IMG/VR virus record: IMGVR_UViG_3300036939_000049
Coordinates: 1 to 64,000 of that record
Source: a virus
Strand: one strand, 5' to 3'
Length of the DNA: 64,000 nucleotides
Below the pieces are notes generated by a model, which was not told the origin of the DNA, ran no database searches, and saw only the letters and a program-made list of their open reading frames with translations. Each line of letters opens with the position of its first letter. Positions within the stretch are counted from its first letter, which is position 1. Below, piece after piece: positions 19,904-29,602 of the stretch. Made by a program: the position numbers and the translations under genes.

Positions 19904-20657
19904 CTGTGTCTGGTTTTTTTACTTTATACTCCAAAAAGACATTTGGGGCTATTTGAATTTTTTCCCCACCTTTTAGTTCAATCACACCATCAACCCTAAC
20001 CCCGTCTATCCACAGCCCATAGTTGCATGGCTGCGGCGTTTTTCCTATAGTGCCATCAACTAAATAGCACCCTGGTGGTTGTTGTGTAGGACGTTTTTTC
20101 TTAAAAGTACAATGAAATCGAGAAACAGCTTTGTCATCCAATTGTATCTGACACTCTTTACTGCGACCAACTAAAGTTATATCTTGTAGTTCAAATGTTG
20201 CACCTTCTGGATGAGCTGGAGATATAACAGAAACAAAATACCGTGTAACCCGTAAATTCGAGTTTGTTGAAGATTGATGAGTTTGTTTTAATCGAGCATT
20301 TACTGACTCTAATAATTCTTTTCTGGTAAATGGTTTCGTAATATAATCTTGTGCCCCAAGGTTCATGCCTTGACGTGTATCTTCCCTTGCTATGCGCGCC
20401 GTAAGAAGAATTACAGGTGTAGCTGCGGTATTTGGGTCACGACGAACTCGCTGTAGTAAGACAAGACCGTCGTCTTGACCCTGCATCGCAATATCACTAA
20501 TTATGAGATCTGGCTTTGTATCACCACCAAATACTAAGCGCAATGCATCTGAAAGGTTAACGGCTTCTGTGACAACGTGTCCTTCATCTGAAAGAACTTC
20601 TACCAGATTCTCTCGAATAGCAGCGTCGTCTTCAACTACCAAAATTTGAGCAGCCAC
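19875..20657 (-). CDS. Response-regulator receiver plus FHA domain protein
   Basis: REC motifs VVEDD, ISDIAM, LLTA, ITKPF; FHA motifs VGR and VSRFH. Confidence 0.9.
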   Translation of the reverse strand: MAAQILVVEDDAAIRENLVEVLSDEGHVVTEAVNLSDALRLVFGGDTKPDLIISDIAMQGQDDGLVLLQRVRRDPNTAATPVILLTARIAREDTRQGMNLGAQDYITKPFTRKELLESVNARLKQTHQSSTNSNLRVTRYFVSVISPAHPEGATFELQDITLVGRSKECQIQLDDKAVSRFHCTFKKKRPTQQPPGCYLVDGTIGKTPQPCNYGLWIDGVRVDGVIELKGGEKIQIAPNVFLEYKVKKPDTDDATSSTEF

Positions 20658-20661
20658 ACAA

Positions 20662-21834
20662 TTAATGGTTAACCTCTAACGGTACTTGCTTAAAACCCGC
20701 TTCGCGAAGCGCGTGCATACAATCCTCAATTCGTCTAAAAATACGGCTGCTCATTGCGACAATGCACCCAGCACTTCCAGGAGAGTAGCCCCGGTTCGCG
20801 TCATCATGAACAAAAAATTCTCCCCTACTTACCCCACTGATCATCACAGGGTCGGGAGTCATGTAGTAAGCATTCCCGTCTATGCCCTTAACCCCTCTTC
20901 GATCGTCAGGCAAAGTTCGCACCCAATAATGCGGAATCCCTACAGCACGATGTCCAGGTATGGGGCCTAACCCTTTCATTTTAGTCCCTCCGCTGTACTG
21001 GTAGGCTCTTTGCCCAGATGTACATTCAAAGGTTAGTTCTTCTCCTCGAAAACCATGTAATCTTAAGACGCCAACAATCAAGACGCCAGGCGGATGATCG
21101 TTTAAAGGCATATCGAAGGTAAAAACTGGCTTTAATGCTGTAGACGTGGAAATAGTAGGAGTTAAGGGCAAAGTACGCCACCGTTGCGCTAGCTCAGTTA
21201 AAACGTGAGGAGAGTTCCGCTCAAGCTCATCTTGCAGGTACGCGATCGCGCTGTCTTGATGCGGCAAACTTTTATAGTGGCGGCAGATATCAAGCAACTG
21301 AATCATGGAGACTTGCTGTCGCTGAAACAATTCCCCTTGTCGCAGCCACCAAGAGTCCAGTACCTCTGATCGCAGTTCAACAATACCTTGCTTCCACAAC
21401 AAAGCTTCAGCAATTCTTCGACGCTTCAGTCCCAGTAACTCAATGCGTCCCTCCCCTCGGAACCACAACAACATCCGTTTTAATGCTTCATCGTGTTGTC
21501 CTTGATTAAGGAGTTTGAGGAAACCCGATTCTAAGAACTGCTCCTCAACGGCGTTGTAAGCAAAGCTAAGAATTGCCTCGTACTGGTTCTGGTCTAAAGG
21601 AACTTTAATCGCATTTTCAATAAAATTTTGCTTTGCTGCTATAGTTCTCAGCAAATACTGCTCTGCTTGAAGCTCAGTAATAGTCAGTCCCGGAGTGACC
21701 CAACCCCCTGTGGAGCCGTAACCAATGGTTAGCCAAGACTCATGCCTCCCTTTTCCCAAAGACACATGCTCGGCTTTAGGCGAAAATCCCTCAAAATACT
21801 TTATCAGCTTGAGCGCACGACTAATATCTCTCAT
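20662..21834 (-). CDS. Endolysin: GH24 lysozyme plus C-terminal YkuD/DUF2778-like domain
   Basis: LIKYFEG, TIGYG, AILSFAYN, GLKRRRIAE; middle YKSLPHQ-x-x-AI domain; C-terminal VHDD...GSAGC. Confidence 0.85.
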   Translation of the reverse strand: MRDISRALKLIKYFEGFSPKAEHVSLGKGRHESWLTIGYGSTGGWVTPGLTITELQAEQYLLRTIAAKQNFIENAIKVPLDQNQYEAILSFAYNAVEEQFLESGFLKLLNQGQHDEALKRMLLWFRGEGRIELLGLKRRRIAEALLWKQGIVELRSEVLDSWWLRQGELFQRQQVSMIQLLDICRHYKSLPHQDSAIAYLQDELERNSPHVLTELAQRWRTLPLTPTISTSTALKPVFTFDMPLNDHPPGVLIVGVLRLHGFRGEELTFECTSGQRAYQYSGGTKMKGLGPIPGHRAVGIPHYWVRTLPDDRRGVKGIDGNAYYMTPDPVMISGVSRGEFFVHDDANRGYSPGSAGCIVAMSSRIFRRIEDCMHALREAGFKQVPLEVNH

Positions 21835-22189
21835 CGGGAGGCGCGATCGCTCTAGCGTGATACAAGTCAGGTTGCGTAATCGCGTACTCTACTTCAGAAA
21901 TATTATCGTCGCTAGCCTGAGTAACAGTCTGCGTCTGTATTTGATGAGGAGTTACTACGTTGGTAGTAGTTGTCCGCATCTCACCGTCCGCTGAAGCCTT
22001 CTTTGTTGCCGATGGCGGAGAGAACCAGTAACTAATCACTGTCCCTAAAAGCAAAAAGTAATTACTCTTGTCATCGACTTGCTTGTCTTTGGATAATTGG
22101 AAAATACAAAATCCTAGAACAACAAACGTTACAACGGCTTGAATGCAAAACTGCGGATTCAGCTCTGTGAAGCGAAACTTGGTATCCAC
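21821..22189 (-). CDS. Putative holin (two TM helices)
   Basis: Two hydrophobic segments ending in YWFS; overlaps the endolysin start. Confidence 0.6.
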   Translation of the reverse strand: MDTKFRFTELNPQFCIQAVVTFVVLGFCIFQLSKDKQVDDKSNYFLLLGTVISYWFSPPSATKKASADGEMRTTTTNVVTPHQIQTQTVTQASDDNISEVEYAITQPDLYHARAIAPPDERY

Positions 22190-22337
22190 TATAAAATCGG
22201 ATAAAAGCCCTGAAAGCTTTATTATAATCGCCTTTTATTCTCGCCGACATGCTTAAACGTCATTGCAATCTCCGTATATTTACGGTGTTACGGATACTGA
22301 GTTTTGCTTAAAAATAAAGTATTGATTTGTAACAATC

Positions 22338-22907
22338 ATGCTTGTTTGTTCTGTCCTATCCAAAACGCATCTGCCTAAAGATAGACAAATGGAAACATAT
22401 AGAAAGCTAGACAACAACCAGTCAAGTGAAATTCTCTATTTCTTAGAAGGTCTGATTGAAGTTGTCAACGTCGAAGGTAAGTTCACATTTGACTTAATGT
22501 GTGATAAAGAGATTTATAATGCTCCAATATGCTACCAGCACAAAGAACAAGCACTTAGAGCTGCGAAATTTCAAGCCTTAAAAAGTGTATTAGTTGCTTC
22601 TCCCTATTGGGTCGTATCTTGCATGTGGGGTAGCGATCGCATACTCCTTCAGTCAGATGAATCCTTAGAATTCTTTGATGATTGTCGCCTTCAAGAAAAT
22701 AAAAACTACTTTGAAAATCCAGTAATTCGACAAGAATTACTACGGAATCTCAAATGGCGACCAAAAGGAATTGAAACAAAAATTCGCTTGATTAATAAAT
22801 CAGGCGAATTTTTGGAGGGTAAAGATACGCTTCAATTAATTGACTTGGGTCTTGATACCTGGGTCACGCTTGAAACGCTTGTTCCGACAGACTTCACAGC
22901 AAGCTAG
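22338..22907 (+). CDS. Protein with C-terminal PAS-like domain
   Basis: NYFENPVIRQELLRNL...IETKIRLINKSGEFL resembles the PAS/PAC pattern. Confidence 0.5.
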   Translation: MLVCSVLSKTHLPKDRQMETYRKLDNNQSSEILYFLEGLIEVVNVEGKFTFDLMCDKEIYNAPICYQHKEQALRAAKFQALKSVLVASPYWVVSCMWGSDRILLQSDESLEFFDDCRLQENKNYFENPVIRQELLRNLKWRPKGIETKIRLINKSGEFLEGKDTLQLIDLGLDTWVTLETLVPTDFTAS

Positions 22908-23783
22908 GTCACGCTTAAGACCTGCCACATCCCCTCGGTAGGTAGAAGCCGAGGGGGCGTAATTTGGCTCATCGCCCAACCAAGGATTAGCTTCATTAAG
23001 TCTAGGACATAGCGCAGCAATCACAATCCAGTCATCAGATTGAATTCGCCACCCTTCTTCACCTGAATAAACTCCATGCAAAGCTCGCATACCTAGCTCT
23101 TTAGGGTGAAACCCAAGACCTACAATAGCAGCACGAAGTGTGCGGTAACCTGCGTCTGCAACACCACGCTGCAACAATTTTGATAAACGCTCTCGCTCTA
23201 ATGGCGTTAAGCTATCTCCCATCTGCGACATATCTGTATCACCCTTACTTACGGTATCGGGTAATAGTTTATGTCGCAGATGACTCTTCCTAGTTTTGTT
23301 TTGCTTATCGCTTTGGTGGGGATTTATTACGGATAATGCCTGCAAAGCGTCACTCTTCCTCTGAAGAACGTTTCCCATCGCGTCTGCGCGATCACGCAAT
23401 ATCAAGGCAATAGCAATATCTTTTTCAGTTTCTGGCAATGACGCATAGAGGCTATAGACCTCGTCCAGTGAAGCGATTTTTGGGCGAATTGCCAGAAGCT
23501 GTTCCAAGCTCAGCTCATCATTAAAATACGCCTCTAACTCCTGCTCGCTGACTTTAAGGAGTTTTTGAGCGATCGCACGAAGCGTACCCGGTTGGGGCAT
23601 AGTTTGCTTGTCTTCTGACGCAACCCATCGGTAAAAGGTTTGGTACGCGACGCCAAGAATTTGTGTAATCTGCGTAACGTCCATTGCGGGTCGAATCATT
23701 ACGCCATTTATCTCCCCAGACCTGATAGTCTCTAGAAGCCTACTAATTTTTCTTAAATTTTCGGGTGACGTTTCTATACGCAC
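22836..23783 (-). CDS. HTH transcriptional regulator (repressor-like)
   Basis: VTQITQILGVAYQTFYRW...PQPGTLRAIA HTH; divergent from the early operon at 23979. Confidence 0.6.
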   Translation of the reverse strand: MRIETSPENLRKISRLLETIRSGEINGVMIRPAMDVTQITQILGVAYQTFYRWVASEDKQTMPQPGTLRAIAQKLLKVSEQELEAYFNDELSLEQLLAIRPKIASLDEVYSLYASLPETEKDIAIALILRDRADAMGNVLQRKSDALQALSVINPHQSDKQNKTRKSHLRHKLLPDTVSKGDTDMSQMGDSLTPLERERLSKLLQRGVADAGYRTLRAAIVGLGFHPKELGMRALHGVYSGEEGWRIQSDDWIVIAALCPRLNEANPWLGDEPNYAPSASTYRGDVAGLKRDLACCEVCRNKRFKRDPGIKTQVN

Positions 23784-23978
23784 AATTTGTTACAGGTAAA
23801 CACACTCTATATTATCCATGATCGTACAAGAGTCTGTTGCTTCTGTTACAAACAATTAAAAAATATATTTTCGCATCTGCGACTGTTTTTTTCTCATCTG
23901 TGACATACAATTCTTTTAGAAAGAAAACACGACTAATCGCTACAGCACATTTGTACTATAGCGATCAATTGATTCTGT

Positions 23979-24305
23979 GTGCTTAAAATGGCTCAGTTTT
24001 TGTGCGGAAACGATTTGCGGGTTTTGCAATTTATTGCAGAAAATCCAAATATCCAAAACCGCCAATTGACCCTTACTTTTGCAACAACCTGCGACATCGC
24101 TCACGTTGTTGCGGGACTGCGCGATCGCGGATTAATTCGCCAACGTTGTTGCCGTCGATGGTCTAAGCATGTTTACAACATCACAAAAGACGGCAAGCGC
24201 CAGCTAACAAAATCTCAAAATACAATTGTAACACAGCATGCTAACACGAACAACAGAACAGACGATCAGCAATCAAGACAAAGAACTCTCAGAGTTGTTG
24301 GATAA
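23979..24305 (+). CDS. Winged-helix DNA-binding protein
   Basis: LRVLQFIAENP...VAGLRDRGLI...YNITKDG MarR-like pattern. Confidence 0.55.
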   Translation: MLKMAQFLCGNDLRVLQFIAENPNIQNRQLTLTFATTCDIAHVVAGLRDRGLIRQRCCRRWSKHVYNITKDGKRQLTKSQNTIVTQHANTNNRTDDQQSRQRTLRVVG

Positions 24306-24696
24306 ATTAATAAACCTAGACTCTACCTTTGTCTGTTTTGACAATAGCGGAGGTAATTACCTTGTTCGTTTAAAAGAAAACTGGCTAACGATAGCGTGGC
24401 AATATTCAGATGACTTTGATTATATGCGTCTTGATCGTGCTTTGAGAGCACGCATCACTGAACGTGGCTGGTTTTATGGCTTAGGTCTGATGTCCAGTGC
24501 TGTTTTAAATACAAAACTCGCGAGAGTTTGTATACCAAGCTCAAAAGACTTATCATCCTCACCCTATATCCCTCGCCCTCTTTGGATTTGGGGGAGTCAT
24601 GAAGAGGAAGACGCGATCGCGCTATTACGGTCGTATTGCAGAGCTGTTGAAAAAATAGAGGAGCTGATGGCTCATGCTAACAACCAAGTGGCATAG
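24238..24696 (+). CDS. Hypothetical protein
   Basis: 152-aa ORF in the early operon. Confidence 0.5.
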   Translation: MLTRTTEQTISNQDKELSELLDKLINLDSTFVCFDNSGGNYLVRLKENWLTIAWQYSDDFDYMRLDRALRARITERGWFYGLGLMSSAVLNTKLARVCIPSSKDLSSSPYIPRPLWIWGSHEEEDAIALLRSYCRAVEKIEELMAHANNQVA

Positions 24697-24765
24697 TTAC
24701 AAAGCCCTCCATAAACCCAACCAGCTCATTTATGGTACGGGTAGTGTTGTGGTGATAATTACCTT

Positions 24766-24978
24766 GTGGAATTAGTGGAGAACCAGATTAAGGTTTCTCG
24801 CATGGATAAGCAAGGAACTACCGTGCGGCAATACTCAGGGCGAAATATACAAGCGTTGATGGACGCGATCGCGCTTGATGCTCCAGCCATGCGCCCGGAT
24901 CATGCGTTGTACTTGGGTGTGATGCTTGAACGTGCTTGGAATGCTTTGCGATACGGCGAAAAGTTTATACAAGGCTAA
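24766..24978 (+). CDS. Small hypothetical phage protein
   Basis: DHALYLGVMLERA...FIQ C-terminus; precedes nrdA. Confidence 0.45.
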   Translation: MELVENQIKVSRMDKQGTTVRQYSGRNIQALMDAIALDAPAMRPDHALYLGVMLERAWNALRYGEKFIQG

Positions 24979-24983
24979 AAACA

Positions 24984-26339
24984 TTGATCGAAATTCCAAA
25001 ATACACAGCCGTCACCGGCAGAATCGAAAGCTGGCTAAAAAATCCAGAAAGCAAGCTTCCTGTTTCTTGTACAGTACTCGAAGTACAAGACAGCATGGAA
25101 GGACGTGATGGGATTGAAGATTCTTGGATCTTTGCCTCTAAAGCATTACGGTACGCGGCTGGGGTGGCTTTAGATCTATCAAACCTCCGACCCAAAGGCA
25201 AAAGTAACGGACGCGGCTTAGTAGCATCGGGTCCAGTGAGTTTTTGCCAAATCTACTCCAAGCTAAACGAGACTATACGTCGTGGTGGGTGGTACAAGAA
25301 TGGCGCGCTCACTGTTTATGTCGATCATCGACATCAAGATGCTGAAGAATTCTTAAACGCTAGCCGCAATGAACTCCCTTGGGTAAAAAGAGCGCTGTAC
25401 GTTGATGAAAGTTTTCTGTCTTCCCCTTTGCTGCCCCTAATTAAAGCCAAAGTTGACGACGGAACTGTATGGCTTGCCAAGAAGCGCTGGGATAAAAACG
25501 GGAACAGACTTTTTTCTCAGGTTTGCTTAGAGATACTACTGCGATCAAGAGGCACATGTCTTCTTGCTCATGCCAACTTAGGAGAGACACCTATTGGGGC
25601 TATACCTTCAGCATTCAAAAACGCCATGAGGTTTTTGTGTGAAATACACAAAGTAACTGGTGTAGGAGAGTCCGAAATTTATCTATCACCTGAAGAAGAC
25701 CGACAAGTTGGTTTGGGTGTACTGGGCTTAGCTAATCTGCTAGCCATTGAAGGGGTTAGCTACGCCGAACTCGTCCGAGCAATGGAAAAAGCCTTGTCTG
25801 CTGGCTACTGGGCTTGGAGCATGGACAAGGCCGAGCAAATTGCGCTAGCTCTGTTGGAAGGTTTCCAGCAGGCAGCGGCAGTAGCCAAAGCTTACGGCAT
25901 GGATCGCGCCTTCACGGTAGCGCCAACAGCTAGCTGCTCTTACAGATATCGCGATCGCGAAGGCTACACCACAGCCCCTGAAATCTCGCCCCCAAACTGC
26001 CACCCCATTACGAAGGAAGTAGACCGGGACTCCGGCACGTTCGGCGTAATGACCTACCAGTATCACCCCAGCACGGAAACAGCGGCATCTGTGGAGTGGG
26101 ATGTGCAGTGGCGGCTATTAAAGGTATGGCAGATGTATATGGAAAGTACCGGACTGGCACATTCAATTAGTGCCAATATCTGGGACAAGCAGGCAATTAC
26201 AACCGAGTGGTTAAAAGATTGGTGGGAGTCCCCTTTGGTTACAACATACTACAGGCTTGTCACTCAGCAAGCTGCCGTGGATAAGAGTACAGTCTGGAAC
26301 CAGTGTAACGACGAAGTTTGTTCAGCGTGTGCGGAGTAA
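24984..26339 (+). CDS. nrdA: Ribonucleotide reductase alpha subunit, compact cyanophage class I type
   Basis: PVSC, VCLE (radical Cys/Glu), GTCLL, APTASCS, YY dyad (TTYYR) and terminal CSAC; likely start TTG 24984. Confidence 0.85.
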   Translation: MIEIPKYTAVTGRIESWLKNPESKLPVSCTVLEVQDSMEGRDGIEDSWIFASKALRYAAGVALDLSNLRPKGKSNGRGLVASGPVSFCQIYSKLNETIRRGGWYKNGALTVYVDHRHQDAEEFLNASRNELPWVKRALYVDESFLSSPLLPLIKAKVDDGTVWLAKKRWDKNGNRLFSQVCLEILLRSRGTCLLAHANLGETPIGAIPSAFKNAMRFLCEIHKVTGVGESEIYLSPEEDRQVGLGVLGLANLLAIEGVSYAELVRAMEKALSAGYWAWSMDKAEQIALALLEGFQQAAAVAKAYGMDRAFTVAPTASCSYRYRDREGYTTAPEISPPNCHPITKEVDRDSGTFGVMTYQYHPSTETAASVEWDVQWRLLKVWQMYMESTGLAHSISANIWDKQAITTEWLKDWWESPLVTTYYRLVTQQAAVDKSTVWNQCNDEVCSACAE

Positions 26340-26349
26340 GTAGTAAGAA

Positions 26350-27066
26350 ATGTCGTTTTACAGCAATTTGCTAGCAAAAAAACGTTTGTGGTCCCCAACA
26401 ATGGGGGATAAACAGCCAGTAATGCCAGGAAGCGAAGGAACTATTGGTCGCTGCTTGGCTTTGCGTGTACTGGAGATTCCCGTTGGGGACTGGGTGAACG
26501 AAACCCAAGAAAAAGGAACATTACCAGAAGACGCGATCACGCTCCTCAAATCCAACGCCGAGGACGAGCTTAAACACGACAAACTACTACAAATGGCGCA
26601 CGACACTTATGCGTTGACTACGGTAGAGATGCAACAGGAAGCTAACGTGATCGCGCTCGAATGGTTCAAGCATCCAGACCCCCCAATAGTAAAAGCCTTC
26701 GTACTGGAAAATGCCGTGTTTTTTATCATTTTGCCCATCCTGCGGAAGTTTGGTGGACAAGGACTGAGAAATGCAGCGTTCGATATTAGCTCAGACGAAA
26801 GTATTCACGCGCCATGTAACAGAGCTGTAGCGAAACGTATGGGATACTCGTTCAGTCCAAGTTTGGATAAGCTACGTGATCGCACAGCCCGGTTTTTAGT
26901 GCGTGACTTAAATGCCCCTGGTAAGCTAGGTCTTCCTCAGCCTTGGCTAGATGCTTCAGAAAGCTTGTTGCATAAGGGACTAGCCCCTCAGTTACAAGAG
27001 ACTCAAAATTACATAATGCCTGCGTTTTTTGAATCTCACGCTGCCGACCTCCCGCAGTACTCCTAG
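26350..27066 (+). CDS. nrdB: Ribonucleotide reductase beta subunit (ferritin-like)
   Basis: Metal ligands E, DELKH, E, DESIH; C-terminal Tyr; directly after nrdA. Confidence 0.8.
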   Translation: MSFYSNLLAKKRLWSPTMGDKQPVMPGSEGTIGRCLALRVLEIPVGDWVNETQEKGTLPEDAITLLKSNAEDELKHDKLLQMAHDTYALTTVEMQQEANVIALEWFKHPDPPIVKAFVLENAVFFIILPILRKFGGQGLRNAAFDISSDESIHAPCNRAVAKRMGYSFSPSLDKLRDRTARFLVRDLNAPGKLGLPQPWLDASESLLHKGLAPQLQETQNYIMPAFFESHAADLPQYS

Positions 27067-27087
27067 TTTGTACACGAATCGTTTACA

Positions 27088-27564
27088 GTGTCCCAACTAA
27101 CACTTGCATTTGATCGCGTACCCATCCCTAACTATCCCAAGTACGCGATCGATTCTTCAGGAAACGTCTACGGGCGCAAAGGACAACCCCTCAAAGGTAA
27201 CTTTGTTGATGGATACAACAAAGTCCACCTAGGTGATAAATACCATTACGTTCATCGACTCGTATTGCTGACATTCGTTGGTTCGTGTCCAGAGGGGTAT
27301 GAGGCATGCCATAAAAACAGCGATCGCGCAGACAACCGCCTCTCAAATTTGTGTTGGGGGAGCAAGAAACGGAATGCGCGTGACCGAAAGAAACTAGGTT
27401 ACCACCGCCCAGGTCTTAGCCCCGCACAGAAGGAACGTGCTCGCTATCTCTATGAGGTTGAGCGCTGGTCGTTTGATAAATTGCATAAGGAATTCAAATG
27501 TGATGACCATACCATCCGCAGATACGCCAAAAAATACGGCTGGCAACGCCAACAAGCCGCTTAG
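27088..27564 (+). CDS. HNH homing endonuclease (NUMOD4/HNH_3 type)
   Basis: YAIDSSGNV, YVHRLV, ACHKNSDRADNRLSNL. Confidence 0.85.
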   Translation: MSQLTLAFDRVPIPNYPKYAIDSSGNVYGRKGQPLKGNFVDGYNKVHLGDKYHYVHRLVLLTFVGSCPEGYEACHKNSDRADNRLSNLCWGSKKRNARDRKKLGYHRPGLSPAQKERARYLYEVERWSFDKLHKEFKCDDHTIRRYAKKYGWQRQQAA

Positions 27565-27848
27565 TCTTGTTAGGGCTGCTGGCATCCTGGATGAAGACTC
27601 CAACAGAGTGTTAGCGATTGCTGGTGAGCTAGAGCCTAAACCTGTGTGCCTTCAGCGCCTAGCAGGACGCATCGAGCGCCACACTCGCTTATCGCTAGGA
27701 CAGAAAGAGCAGGCACTACACTTTTTGTTCCACCCTGCTTATACAAAGGATGGGTACGCGATCGCGCTCCAATACCTGCGATTGTGCCTAAACCCGCGAT
27801 ATACCGCCAGAGGTACGGCTTGGAAAGCCCGATAGTTAGCCGTGTAAA

Positions 27849-28082
27849 CTATTCGTGTACTTCATCCAAGGTTTGATCAAGCGCTCGTGCTACTCGAATC
27901 AAGGTATTTAATCTTGCTCCAGCATATCTACTAGCTTCAAGTTTTTGAACTTGCTGCTCCGTTACACCCAGCCTATCTGCTAACCTCTTTTGAGTCCACC
28001 CCAAATCTTTACGTGTCTGAATCAACTCTAGACCAACATGTTCTAGAAATACTCTAACCCCAATTGACATACCTGTACGCAA
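27849..28082 (-). CDS. XRE-family HTH regulator
   Basis: RKDLGWTQKRLADRLGVTEQQVQKLE. Confidence 0.85.
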   Translation of the reverse strand: MRTGMSIGVRVFLEHVGLELIQTRKDLGWTQKRLADRLGVTEQQVQKLEASRYAGARLNTLIRVARALDQTLDEVHE

Positions 28083-28190
28083 CTCAATTGCTGTGTTACT
28101 CTATCAGAGTAGCAAGAAAAACTGCAAAACAAAAGACAGCCGTCGTAGCCGTCTTTTGAGTAGTAAATATTTGATTAAGGCTTGATAATT

Positions 28191-29027
28191 GTGAGCAGTA
28201 TTGAATGGACGGATGCCACATGGAATTGGTTAACTGGTTGTTCTCGTACCAGTCCGGAATGTGACTTTTGTTATGCAGCAGAGGCAGCCAAGTCAGCTCG
28301 GTTGCAACAGTTTTCCCAATATCAAGGGGTAGAGAAGTGGGATGGAACCGTCAATTTTGCGGAGAGTCAGCTAGAGAAGCCACTCTCATGGCGCAAGCCA
28401 AAACGAATATTCACCTGTTCGATGTCGGATGTATTCCACGAAAACGTTCCTGATGAATGGCGCGATCGCGCTTTTGCAGTCATGGCGATCGCGAATCACC
28501 ACACGTATCAAGTTCTAACGAAGCGAACCGCAAGGATGGTGGAATATTTTTCTCAACCTAACCTCGGCAAGCGCTGGGCAAAGATTATTGAGAGTAATTT
28601 TATGTCTAGTCCATGCCTTGGGCATTTATTGGACGAGCTAAAAGAGGACTGCTTTTTAGGTAATGTGTGGCTTGGAACTACAGCTGGGTGCCAAGAGTCT
28701 GTACGTGATCGCGTACCTCTAATATCTGGGCTAACAGATAAAGGCTGGACAACCTTCATTAGTGCAGAACCACTACTTGAAGAACTGCATTTAGGTTTTG
28801 CCTTTCCTGGGTATCGAGTTAGTTGGGTTATCACTGGTGCTGAGTCTGGTCGTAGTGCTCGTCCAATGAATGAAGACTGGGTAAGAAATTTACGCGATCA
28901 ATGCGTAGAGGCGGATGTAGCGTTCTTCTACAAGCAAGATTTTAAAAAAGGCAAAAAAATCAGCTTGCCAGAACTAGACGGTAAGCAGTGGGCTGAATTT
29001 CCACAAAAACAGGAGGTGGCAGCGTGA
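28191..29027 (+). CDS. DUF5131 (phage Gp37/Gp68) family protein
   Basis: SIEWTDATWN..GC...SPECDFCYA, SMSDVFH, LTKR, SAEPLL, WVITGAESG, FFYKQ. Confidence 0.9.
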   Translation: MSSIEWTDATWNWLTGCSRTSPECDFCYAAEAAKSARLQQFSQYQGVEKWDGTVNFAESQLEKPLSWRKPKRIFTCSMSDVFHENVPDEWRDRAFAVMAIANHHTYQVLTKRTARMVEYFSQPNLGKRWAKIIESNFMSSPCLGHLLDELKEDCFLGNVWLGTTAGCQESVRDRVPLISGLTDKGWTTFISAEPLLEELHLGFAFPGYRVSWVITGAESGRSARPMNEDWVRNLRDQCVEADVAFFYKQDFKKGKKISLPELDGKQWAEFPQKQEVAA

Positions 29028-29602
29028 TTGTTGCTCGTGTCGAAGAATCAAAGCGCGGAAACTGGTTCGGTCCTATTGTCGCGATCGCGTCCATACCATT
29101 CGACGACAAAGCTCCCGAACTCGCTCGGTTACTCAAAGGTCGAAAAGGGCAGCTACGGGATTCCAAGATGATGTCCAAGATCGTTCGCCAGAAACTTCTA
29201 CCTCAAATTCAAGAGTCTATTATCTGGCGTATTGGCTACGCTACAGCGACTGAAATTGAGCGAAACGGTATTTACTGGGCTTGGGCAAAGGCTTGTGATA
29301 GAGCCGTACAAAAACTCCCCATTGTCCCAGATCGCGTACTGGTTGATGGCAACCAAAAGATTCCTTGCCTCGAAATTCCCCAGACAACTTTGGTTGATGG
29401 AGACAAGCGAGATTTCTGCCTTGCTGCCTCCAGCGTGATCGTCAAAGAATGGTCCGACGGTTTAGTAGAACGACTAGGAAAGAAATACCCTCATGCATTG
29501 GACAAGCATCACGGATATGGCACGGTACAGCATCGCCAAGAACTAGCACTACACGGGCTAACTCCTCAGCATCGTAAAGGCTTCTGCCAGCGGTACGCCT
29601 AG
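29024..29602 (+). CDS. rnhB: Ribonuclease HII
   Basis: EESKRG-x-x-FGP, RDSK, LVDG, GD...AASSVIVK, HHGYGT, HR motifs. Confidence 0.85.
   Translation: MIVARVEESKRGNWFGPIVAIASIPFDDKAPELARLLKGRKGQLRDSKMMSKIVRQKLLPQIQESIIWRIGYATATEIERNGIYWAWAKACDRAVQKLPIVPDRVLVDGNQKIPCLEIPQTTLVDGDKRDFCLAASSVIVKEWSDGLVERLGKKYPHALDKHHGYGTVQHRQELALHGLTPQHRKGFCQRYA

Noticed and set aside
24936-26339. Class II (B12-dependent) RNR
   Set aside because: The C-terminal YY dyad and the adjacent ferritin-like gene indicate class I.
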